From NCBI GenBank assembly GCA_012838395.1, contig DUPI01000053.1, positions 1 to 36,912 on the forward strand: a stretch of DNA of 36,912 nucleotides, read 5' to 3'. Source of the stretch: Mollicutes bacterium. Its GTDB lineage: Bacteria > Bacillota_I > Bacilli_A > RF39 > UBA660. Position 1 is the first letter of the stretch. Each line of letters begins with the position of its first letter. This document shows, one piece after another, positions 17,749-25,925 of this stretch. The notes under the pieces are model-generated. The model was not told the origin of the DNA and did not search any database. It was given only the letters and a program-made list of their open reading frames with translations. A program made the translations under genes and the position numbers.

Positions 17749-18789
17749 ATGACGTTAATTTATTTTATATTAGTTCTTGGAGTTACTGTTTTTATTCATG
17801 AACTTGGACATTTTATTTTTGCTAAAAAAGCTGGAATATATATTTATGAATTTTCAATTGGGATGGGACCGAGATTATTTAAATTTAATCGTAAAAATGA
17901 TGAAACTGTTTATTCTATTAGACTGTTACCAATTGGTGGTTATGTAAGTATGTCTGGTGAAGAAGTAGAAGTTGATGAAAGTGTTCCCCTTGAACAAAGA
18001 TTTCAATCCAAAACATGGATTCAACGACTTTTAACAATTACTGCTGGAGTAATCTTTAATTTTATTTTAGCAATTATATTATTATTTATTGTAGGTTTAG
18101 TAGTAGGAGCACCCAATAACAAACCAATTATTACATCACTAGATGAGGAGTATCCAGTTTACAATACAGAATTAAAACCTGGTGATAAAATTATAAAAGT
18201 AAATAATAAAAAGGTTAATTCTGTTGATCGTTTTTTATTAGAATTACAATTAAATAATGGTAAAAACTTAACCTTTGAGGTAGTTGATAATAACAATGCA
18301 ATTAAAAAGGTTGAATTAGAACCTAAAAAAATAGAAGAAAATGGTACTGAGATGTATAGATATGGATTTTCACTTGATAATAGTGTTACCAAAGGAATTC
18401 TACCTTCAATTAAATTCGCATTTGCTAAAACAGGTAGTTTAATTGAACAAATGATGATTATTGTTAAATCATTAATAACTGGACAATTGAAATTGAATTC
18501 ATTAGCAGGACCAATTGGAATATATGGTATTGTTGGAAAAACAGCTAAAGCAGGTTTAATTAATTTAGTTTATTTAATTGCTTTTTTAAGTATTAATGTA
18601 GGCTTTATTAATATTATGCCATTTCCAGCATTTGATGGTGGTCGATTATTATTTTTAATTATCGAAAAAATCAAAGGAAGTCCAATTAATGCCAAAGTTG
18701 AAAATATAGTTCACAATATTGGTTTTTCACTTTTGATATTACTAATGCTTTTAGTAACTTATAATGATATATTAAGGTTATTTAAATAA
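17749..18789 (+). CDS. rseP: RIP site-2 metalloprotease RseP/RasP (single PDZ)
   Basis: 346 aa. HELGH near the N-terminus, a central PDZ-like segment, and NIMPFPAFDGG. Confidence 0.9.
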   Translation: MTLIYFILVLGVTVFIHELGHFIFAKKAGIYIYEFSIGMGPRLFKFNRKNDETVYSIRLLPIGGYVSMSGEEVEVDESVPLEQRFQSKTWIQRLLTITAGVIFNFILAIILLFIVGLVVGAPNNKPIITSLDEEYPVYNTELKPGDKIIKVNNKKVNSVDRFLLELQLNNGKNLTFEVVDNNNAIKKVELEPKKIEENGTEMYRYGFSLDNSVTKGILPSIKFAFAKTGSLIEQMMIIVKSLITGQLKLNSLAGPIGIYGIVGKTAKAGLINLVYLIAFLSINVGFINIMPFPAFDGGRLLFLIIEKIKGSPINAKVENIVHNIGFSLLILLMLLVTYNDILRLFK

Positions 18790-18791
18790 AA

Positions 18792-18810
18792 AAAGAGGCT
18801 TACCTCTTTT
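18792..18810. terminator. short bidirectional hairpin between convergent rseP and pyrG
   Basis: AAAAAGAGG-CTTA-CCTCTTTTT. Overlaps the last pyrG codons. Confidence 0.4.
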
Positions 18811-20404
18811 TATTTTTTTGTTCAAGACAACTATCAACAAATCCTAAGAACAATGGATGAGCTTTAATTGGTCTACTTTTGAATTCGGCTCTAAATTGAC
18901 AAGCAACGAAGTAGGGGTGGTCTTTAAGTTCAATGATTTCAATTAATTTAGTCTTTTCATCATAACCGGAGATAACTAATCCGTTTTCTTCTAATACTTG
19001 TCTATAATTTAAATTTAATTCATATTTGTGGCGATGCCTTTCTAGACTATTATTTACTTTATATAGTTCACTAGCTAGGCTATCTTTCTTTATTATACAA
19101 TTATAATTACCAATTCGATTATTATCCCGCAGACCATAATTGTTTTTTAGCTCACTCATAAGATCAATAATTGGTTTCTTCGCTAATTCATTAAATTCTC
19201 TGGATGTGGCATTTTCTAAATTACAAACATTTTTAGCAAATTCAATAATCGCCATTTGAAATCCTAAATCAATTCCTAAAAAGGGAATTTTGTTTACTCT
19301 TGCATATTTTACAACATCAATAATTTCAACTTCAGCAGGTCCATAAGGTATAATAATTCCGTGAACATTTTTTAATAGTGATTTTAATTTAGTTGTTTCT
19401 TTTAAATCTTTAGTATCAATCCAAGTAATATTGATCTTAGTACCCAAATGATAACCAGCATGGGTTAAAGCTTCTTTTACCGATATATAAGCGTCAATAA
19501 GCTCAACATACTTTCCAATTATGGCGATATCAACTTCTTTTTTTAAACTTTGAACTTTATCAATTAAATCATTCCACGTTTCTAAATTTATTTTATTTAA
19601 AGGTAAGTTGAATTGGTTTAATATAATTTCATCCATTTTTTGATCGTAATAATTAATTGGAATTTTATAGACACTTTTAACATCTATTGCATCTAAAACA
19701 TGAGTTTTGGGAATACTACAAAAAAGCGAGATTTTTTGTCTTATATCATCATTAAGAGAAATCGGAGTTCGACATAAAACAATATCTGGTTGAATACCTA
19801 AGCCTCTAAGTTCTATCACACTATGTTGAGTAGGTTTAGTTTTCAATTCACCAGAACCAAATAAATAAGGAATAAGGGTCATATGAACAAATAGTGTTGA
19901 TTCAGCTCCTAATTCATATCTAATTTGCCTTAATGATTCTAAAACAGCTTGTGATTCAATATCACCAATCGTCCCACCAATTTCCGTTATAATAATATCT
20001 GCACCTGATGAAGAGCCTGCCTCATAAATTCTTCTTTTAATTTCGTTAGTAATATGAGGAACAATTTGAACAGTCCCACCACCATATTCTCCACGACGTT
20101 CATTTTCTATAACAGTCGAAAAAATCATTCCAGTACTGATACTCGAAGAATAATTTAATTCTTCGTCAATAAATCTTTCATAATGCCCTAAGTCGAGGTC
20201 AGTTTCACTTCCGTCAGCCGTTACAAAGACTTCTCCGTGCTGTAATGGTGACATAAGTCCTGGGTCGACATTAATATAAGGGTCAAATTTCTGCATAAAA
20301 ACTTTATATCCTCGAGATTTTAATAAAAGGGCGATTGAAGACGCCGCAATACCTTTGCCAATCCCTGAAACAACCCCACCGGTAACAAAAACATACTTAG
20401 CCAT
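18800..20404 (-). CDS. pyrG: CTP synthase with a degenerate glutamine amidotransferase domain
   Basis: 534 aa. GGVVSGIGKG, GGTVQIVPHITNEIK, EIGGTIGDIES and KTKPTQHSV. The GATase half reads GIDLGFQ and QFRAEF instead of GICLGMQ and QFHPEF. Confidence 0.9.
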   Translation of the reverse strand: MAKYVFVTGGVVSGIGKGIAASSIALLLKSRGYKVFMQKFDPYINVDPGLMSPLQHGEVFVTADGSETDLDLGHYERFIDEELNYSSSISTGMIFSTVIENERRGEYGGGTVQIVPHITNEIKRRIYEAGSSSGADIIITEIGGTIGDIESQAVLESLRQIRYELGAESTLFVHMTLIPYLFGSGELKTKPTQHSVIELRGLGIQPDIVLCRTPISLNDDIRQKISLFCSIPKTHVLDAIDVKSVYKIPINYYDQKMDEIILNQFNLPLNKINLETWNDLIDKVQSLKKEVDIAIIGKYVELIDAYISVKEALTHAGYHLGTKINITWIDTKDLKETTKLKSLLKNVHGIIIPYGPAEVEIIDVVKYARVNKIPFLGIDLGFQMAIIEFAKNVCNLENATSREFNELAKKPIIDLMSELKNNYGLRDNNRIGNYNCIIKKDSLASELYKVNNSLERHRHKYELNLNYRQVLEENGLVISGYDEKTKLIEIIELKDHPYFVACQFRAEFKSRPIKAHPLFLGFVDSCLEQKNKKR

Positions 20405-20488
20405 AAATACCTCCTAAATCATAAAAAAAGCCCTAGAGAGTTCCTCTAGGCTCTCTATAATTATAACATGCTAGTAAAAATATTCCAA
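20405..20488 (-). promoter_or_regulatory. pyrG promoter plus leader terminator-like hairpin (candidate attenuator)
   Basis: On the minus strand: TTGGAA (20488-20483), 17-nt spacer ending TGT, TATAAT (20465-20460). Next comes CCUAGAG-GAACU-CUCUAGG (20450-20432), extendable past a 1-nt bulge, then U7 (20429-20423). GGAGG SD and the ATG at 20404 follow. Confidence 0.55.
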
Positions 20489-20540
20489 GAAAAAACATAA
20501 AACATTTTTATTAAATAATAACAAGTGTGGTATAATAACT

Positions 20541-20777
20541 ATGTTATATAAAAGTGAGCTTGTAATCATGAATGAAGTAGAAATGACTAGTCAAGAGTTA
20601 TCAAAGTTAAAAAAATTGAATGTTAAATCTATTAATATTGAGAGTGATTTATATGTTTATGAAGATATTTATTTAATTAAAAAGTTTCTTGATGATGATG
20701 AAGAATTTTTAAAAGAAAAAAAACTAAAAGTTGATAGATTAGTACAAAAGAAAATAGCTGGTACAGTTCCGGTTTAA
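20541..20777 (+). CDS. hypothetical protein (78 aa); same frame as the next ORF
   Basis: TGgTATAAT extended -10 (20528-20536) lies only 4 nt before the ATG, so it is leaderless or starts at a later Met. Ends at TAA 20778-20780. Confidence 0.35.
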   Translation: MLYKSELVIMNEVEMTSQELSKLKKLNVKSINIESDLYVYEDIYLIKKFLDDDEEFLKEKKLKVDRLVQKKIAGTVPV

Positions 20778-20813
20778 TCAAAGATTTGTATTGATAATAA
20801 ATTTATTGATGAT

Positions 20814-21044
20814 ATGACACCACGCAAAGAGTTAGATATTTTTCTTTTAAATATTTTATTTGTAAATATTTTAAGTAAACAAAATGTCTCGAGAATGTCT
20901 AAAGATGAAGTATTAAATGTTATTAATAATTTAGATGTTTCAGATAACTTAAAAGAATATTTTAGTTTAATTACTAATGGTGTTTATAATGATTACGCAA
21001 CAACTTTATTAAAAACAGAAATAATAAAAAGGCGTCTAAGATGA
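20814..21044 (+). CDS. hypothetical protein (76 aa); no SD, in frame with the previous ORF
   Basis: 20541 and 20814 are in the same reading frame, and the only stop between them is TAA at 20778. Confidence 0.3.
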   Translation: MTPRKELDIFLLNILFVNILSKQNVSRMSKDEVLNVINNLDVSDNLKEYFSLITNGVYNDYATTLLKTEIIKRRLR

Positions 21045-21053
21045 GGTGATGTA

Positions 21054-23882
21054 ATGGATAAAATAATTATTAGAGGAGCTCGCGAAAACAATTTAAAAAA
21101 TGTTGATATCGAACTCCCTAAAAATAAATTAATTGTTATGACTGGTGTTAGTGGTAGTGGAAAAAGTAGTTTAGCTTTTGATACTATTTATGCTGAAGGT
21201 CAAAGACGATATGTTGAAAGTTTAAGTGCTTATGCTAGACAATTTTTAGGCGGAAGTGAAAAGCCTGATGTTGATAGTATTGATGGCTTAAGTCCGTCAA
21301 TAAGTATCGATCAAAAAACAACTAGTAAAAACCCAAGAAGTACCGTAGGGACAGTAACTGAGATATATGATTATTTTCGTCTTTTGTATGCCCGTATTGG
21401 AGTACCGTATTGTTTAGAACACAATATTCCAATTAGTAGTCAAAGTATTGAAGAAATGGTTATTCAAATTATGAACTTAGAGGCAAATACTAAACTAAGA
21501 GTATTAAGCCCAATTGTACATGGTGAGAAGGGAATGCATAAAGATACTTTTGAAAAAATAAAAAAAGAAGGTTTTACAAGAATTAGAGTAAATGGTGATG
21601 AATATGAAATTGATGATGCTCCAGAACTAGATAAAAATCAAAAACATAACATTGATATCATTGTTGACCGTTTAATTATGAAAGAAGATATTCGTAGCCG
21701 CTTATACGAGAGTATTGAAACAGCTGTTAATATGGCTAAAGGTAAAGCCGTTATTGATATTATTGGTGGCGAAGAAATTGTTATGAGTGAAAAATATGCT
21801 TGTCCGCATTGTGATTTTTCATTACCAGAATTGGAACCTAGAATGTTTTCCTTTAATGCACCTTTTGGTGCTTGTCCTGATTGTAAGGGATTAGGCATCA
21901 AATTAGAAATTGATAGTGATCTAATTGTACCTAATAAAGACATCAGCATTAGTGAAGGCGCTCTTGTCCCTTTGAATCATGTTGATGATAATATTTATTT
22001 TAGTAGTTTAGTAACAACTTGTGAGCACTATGGTATCGATATCCATAAACCATTTAAAAATTTAAAGAAAGCTGAACAAAATATCGTTTTCTATGGTTCT
22101 AAGGATAAGATCGATTTCAAATATGTGGCTAAAAACGGTAATGTTAGATATACTTCTGATTATTATGAAGGTGTTATTCATAACTTACAAAGAAGATATA
22201 TGGAAACTAAGAGTACTTGGATTCGTGAATGGATTGAACAATACATGACAGAGCTTACATGTCCGACATGTCTTGGTTCTAGACTAAGTGATTCTGTTTT
22301 ATCAGTGTTGGTGGGCAAAAAAAATATTTATGAATTAACTAAATTAAGTATTGGTGAAATAAGTAACTTTTTCTCTAAGTTAAAACTAAATAAAGAACAA
22401 ACTGAAATATCAAAAATAATTCTTAAAGAAATAATTTCAAGATTAGATTTTTTGATTAATGTTGGATTAGATTATTTAACGTTAGCTAGAAATGCTGGAA
22501 CACTTAGTGGGGGAGAAGCCCAACGAATTAGATTAGCTACTCAAATTGGTTCACAGTTAACTGGTGTTTTATATGTTTTAGATGAACCTAGTATTGGATT
22601 ACACCAAAGGGATAATCAAAAACTAATTGATTCATTAATTAATATGCGCAACTTAGGGAATACATTAATTGTTGTCGAACATGATACTGATACCATGTTA
22701 GCTAGTGATTATTTAGTTGATATTGGACCAGGAGCAGGACAACATGGTGGATCAATTGTTGCGGCTGGTACCCCTCAAGATGTTATGAACAATGATGCAA
22801 GTATAACAGGGCGTTATTTAAGTGGAAAAGAAAAAATATTAATTCCTAAAAACAGGCGTTCCGGTAATGGAAAGTATCTTGAAATTAAAGGGGCCAAGGA
22901 AAATAATTTAAAAAATATAACTGTTAAATTTCCACTAGGGACTTTTATTTGTGTTACTGGTGTTAGTGGCAGTGGAAAAAGCAGTTTAGTAAATGAAATT
23001 TTATATAAAGCTGTTGCCAGTAATTTATATCGAACTAAAGTTAAACCTGGTAAATTTAGAAGTATAAAAGGAATTGAACATATTGATAAAGTTGTTGAAA
23101 TATCACAAGCACCAATTGGTAGGACACCCCGTAGTAACCCAGCAACTTATACTGGAGTCTTTGATGATATTAGGGATGTTTATACTTTGACTAAAGAAGC
23201 TAAGATTAGGGGTTATTCTAAAGGAAGATTTTCTTTTAATGTTAAAGGTGGAAGATGCGAGGCATGTCAAGGTGATGGTGTTAAAAAAATTGAAATGCAC
23301 TTTTTACCAGATGTTTATGTTCCTTGTGAAGTATGTGGCGGAACTCGTTATAATAGAGAAACATTAGAAATTAAATATAAAAATAAAAACATTCACGACA
23401 TACTTGAAATGCGTGTTGAAGAAGCAACTAACTTTTTTGAAAATGTTCCAAAAGCTCATGTGAAATTAAATATGCTAATGGATGTTGGATTATCATACAT
23501 TAAACTAGGACAAAGTGCACCAACTTTGAGTGGTGGTGAAGCAGCTCGTGTAAAACTAGCTAAAGAATTACAAAAGAAACCAACTGGTAAATCATTATTT
23601 ATTTTAGATGAACCAACAACTGGACTACATAGTGACGATATAAAAAAATTATTAGTTATTTTAAATCGAATTGTTGAAAACGGTGATACTGTTGTCGTAA
23701 TTGAACATAACTTAGATGTCATCAAAACAGCTGATTATATTATCGATTTAGGACCTGAAGGCGGTGACAAAGGGGGAACGGTTATAGCAACTGGTACACC
23801 TGAAGAAGTTGCCCAAAACAAAGAAAGTTATACTGGTCAGTTTTTAAAGAAGCTTCTAAAAAAAGAAGCTTATGAAAAATAA
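21054..23882 (+). CDS. uvrA: excinuclease ABC subunit A
   Basis: 942 aa. Two GVSGSGKSSL Walker A motifs, two LSGGEA signatures, DEPS/DEPT Walker B motifs, and CPHC...CPDC and CEAC...CEVC zinc modules. Confidence 0.97.
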   Translation: MDKIIIRGARENNLKNVDIELPKNKLIVMTGVSGSGKSSLAFDTIYAEGQRRYVESLSAYARQFLGGSEKPDVDSIDGLSPSISIDQKTTSKNPRSTVGTVTEIYDYFRLLYARIGVPYCLEHNIPISSQSIEEMVIQIMNLEANTKLRVLSPIVHGEKGMHKDTFEKIKKEGFTRIRVNGDEYEIDDAPELDKNQKHNIDIIVDRLIMKEDIRSRLYESIETAVNMAKGKAVIDIIGGEEIVMSEKYACPHCDFSLPELEPRMFSFNAPFGACPDCKGLGIKLEIDSDLIVPNKDISISEGALVPLNHVDDNIYFSSLVTTCEHYGIDIHKPFKNLKKAEQNIVFYGSKDKIDFKYVAKNGNVRYTSDYYEGVIHNLQRRYMETKSTWIREWIEQYMTELTCPTCLGSRLSDSVLSVLVGKKNIYELTKLSIGEISNFFSKLKLNKEQTEISKIILKEIISRLDFLINVGLDYLTLARNAGTLSGGEAQRIRLATQIGSQLTGVLYVLDEPSIGLHQRDNQKLIDSLINMRNLGNTLIVVEHDTDTMLASDYLVDIGPGAGQHGGSIVAAGTPQDVMNNDASITGRYLSGKEKILIPKNRRSGNGKYLEIKGAKENNLKNITVKFPLGTFICVTGVSGSGKSSLVNEILYKAVASNLYRTKVKPGKFRSIKGIEHIDKVVEISQAPIGRTPRSNPATYTGVFDDIRDVYTLTKEAKIRGYSKGRFSFNVKGGRCEACQGDGVKKIEMHFLPDVYVPCEVCGGTRYNRETLEIKYKNKNIHDILEMRVEEATNFFENVPKAHVKLNMLMDVGLSYIKLGQSAPTLSGGEAARVKLAKELQKKPTGKSLFILDEPTTGLHSDDIKKLLVILNRIVENGDTVVVIEHNLDVIKTADYIIDLGPEGGDKGGTVIATGTPEEVAQNKESYTGQFLKKLLKKEAYEK

Positions 23883-23924
23883 CAAATATCCATGATATAC
23901 TATATATAATAGGAGGTAGAAATT

Positions 23925-24626
23925 ATGACACCGCATATTGAGGCAAAAAAAGAAGATATTGCCAAAATAGTAATAATGCCCGGAGATCCACTTCGCGCAA
24001 AGTTTATTGCAGAAACGCATTTAACTGATTATAAGTTAATTAATCAAGTAAGAGGAATGTTAGGTTATACCGGTTACTACAAAGGAAAACAAGTAACCGT
24101 TATGGCATCAGGGATGGGAATACCTAGTATGGGGATTTATTCTTATGAATTATTTCATTATTATGATGTTGATGTAATTATTAGAGTTGGTTCATGTGGA
24201 GCATATACTGAAAAATTAAATTTATATGATTTAATTTTAGTGTCGGAAAGTTATTCTGATTCTAATTATGCTTTAACGCAAAATGGTTATGATAAAAAAT
24301 CAGTTTTATCTTCGCCAAAATTAAATGATCAAATTATTAAAGCAGCTATTAACAATAACTTAAAACTTAATGTGGGAAAGATTCATTGTAGTGAAGTGTT
24401 TTATAGAAATAATAATCCATTTCAGGAGTTATATAAAAATGAACATTGTTTGGCTGTTGAAATGGAAACTTTCGCGCTGTTTCATAATGCTAATTTATTC
24501 AAAAAGAAAGCGGCTTGCCTTTTGACAGTATCTGATAATTTAGTAACTAAAGAAGAAACAACAAGTGAAGAACGTCAAACAGCCTTTACGGAGATGATTA
24601 AACTAGCCCTTGAGTCTGTATTATAA
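23925..24626 (+). CDS. deoD: purine-nucleoside phosphorylase, DeoD type
   Basis: 233 aa. TPHIEAKKEDIA..MPGDPLRAKFIAE, SGMGIPS and AVEMET. Confidence 0.92.
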   Translation: MTPHIEAKKEDIAKIVIMPGDPLRAKFIAETHLTDYKLINQVRGMLGYTGYYKGKQVTVMASGMGIPSMGIYSYELFHYYDVDVIIRVGSCGAYTEKLNLYDLILVSESYSDSNYALTQNGYDKKSVLSSPKLNDQIIKAAINNNLKLNVGKIHCSEVFYRNNNPFQELYKNEHCLAVEMETFALFHNANLFKKKAACLLTVSDNLVTKEETTSEERQTAFTEMIKLALESVL

Positions 24627-24664
24627 AATAGAGAAATTAACATATACTATGGAAGAGGTGAGTT

Positions 24665-25924
24665 ATGAAATATTCAAAATACGAAATTGGTCCTTACAAT
24701 CTGCACATTATCAAAACGGATAAGTTTAAAACAATTAATATGCATATTGATTTTAGGAGAAAAGCTATAAAAGAAGAATTAACTTATCGCCGGTTATTAA
24801 GTGATATTTTATTTGAATCTACTGCTAAATATCCTAGTCAAAGATCGTTAATAATTGCTAAAGAAGATTTATATAATCAAAAAATTTCTGGCGGTTCACG
24901 AATAAGTGGCAAAACAGCTTTTATGTCTTTTTCTACTCAATTTTTAAATGAAAAATATACTGAAAAAGGAATGCTTGAAAAATCAATAACATTTTTTTTA
25001 GAAACTATATTTGAGCCAGATTTTAAAGATGGTAATTTTCGCAGTGATAAATTAGAAATTGTAAAAAATAAAGCTGTTGATTCCTTTAAAGAACGTGATA
25101 AAAACCCTAGTTACTATGCTTATGTAAAAATGTTAGAAGCCATGGATCCTAATGCTTACTATTCTTTTGTTGGATCTGGATATATGGATGATTTAGAGAA
25201 GATTACCCCAAAAAGTTTAACCGAATATTACAAAAAAGTGATTCACAGTGATCTTATTGATGTTTTTATTGTTGGTGATGTGGATAATCAAGTAATTAAA
25301 AAAATGTTAACTGAAAGAATTCCAGTTAATACAATAAAAAAGCAAAGTGATAGTCTTTATATTGAACACGAAAAGGTTAGGAAACGTGCTAAAAAGGTTA
25401 AAGAGAATTTTGATTCTAAACAAAGCCAATTAGTAATGGGGGCCAAAATATCAAAGTTGACTGATTTTGAAAAAAATTATGTTTGGTATGTTTATAATTA
25501 TATTTTAGGTAGGGGACCAGATTCAAAATTGTTTAATACCGTTCGTGAAAAACATTCCCTTTGCTATAGTATTTCATCTCAGATAAAAATTTTAAGTAAC
25601 ATTTTAATTATCAGAGCGGGTATTAATCAAGAAAATGGCGAGAAAACAATCAAATTAATAAGAAAAGAAATTAATAATATTGCTAAAGGTTTGATTGAAG
25701 AAACCGAAATTAGTAATACCATAACAACTTTTGTTAATAGTTTTAAAGAAATTACCAATTCTCCGATTTCTATAATGGAATATTACATAGCTCGAGTATA
25801 CTATAATGATGATGATATTGACATGAAGATTGCTAATGTTCAAAAAATCACTAAACAAATGATTGTTGATTTTGCTAAAAAAATTCATGTTGATACAATT
25901 TTCTTGTTAGAAGGAGGGGGATAA
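24665..25924 (+). CDS. M16 (pitrilysin) family protein lacking the HxxEH zinc motif (YmfF-like)
   Basis: 419 aa with M16 fold-like layout. The position of the zinc motif reads LLSDILFES. Directly followed by the active-type paralogue. Confidence 0.75.
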   Translation: MKYSKYEIGPYNLHIIKTDKFKTINMHIDFRRKAIKEELTYRRLLSDILFESTAKYPSQRSLIIAKEDLYNQKISGGSRISGKTAFMSFSTQFLNEKYTEKGMLEKSITFFLETIFEPDFKDGNFRSDKLEIVKNKAVDSFKERDKNPSYYAYVKMLEAMDPNAYYSFVGSGYMDDLEKITPKSLTEYYKKVIHSDLIDVFIVGDVDNQVIKKMLTERIPVNTIKKQSDSLYIEHEKVRKRAKKVKENFDSKQSQLVMGAKISKLTDFEKNYVWYVYNYILGRGPDSKLFNTVREKHSLCYSISSQIKILSNILIIRAGINQENGEKTIKLIRKEINNIAKGLIEETEISNTITTFVNSFKEITNSPISIMEYYIARVYYNDDDIDMKIANVQKITKQMIVDFAKKIHVDTIFLLEGGG

Positions 25925-25925
25925 T

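Noticed and set aside
21054-23882. Near-repeated DNA segments inside uvrA, for example the two GAAAA(C/T)AATTTAAAAAAT...GTTAGTGG(T/C)AGTGGAAAAAG stretches.
   Set aside because: They reflect the ancient internal duplication of the two ABC ATPase modules of UvrA. This is not a mobile or repeat element.
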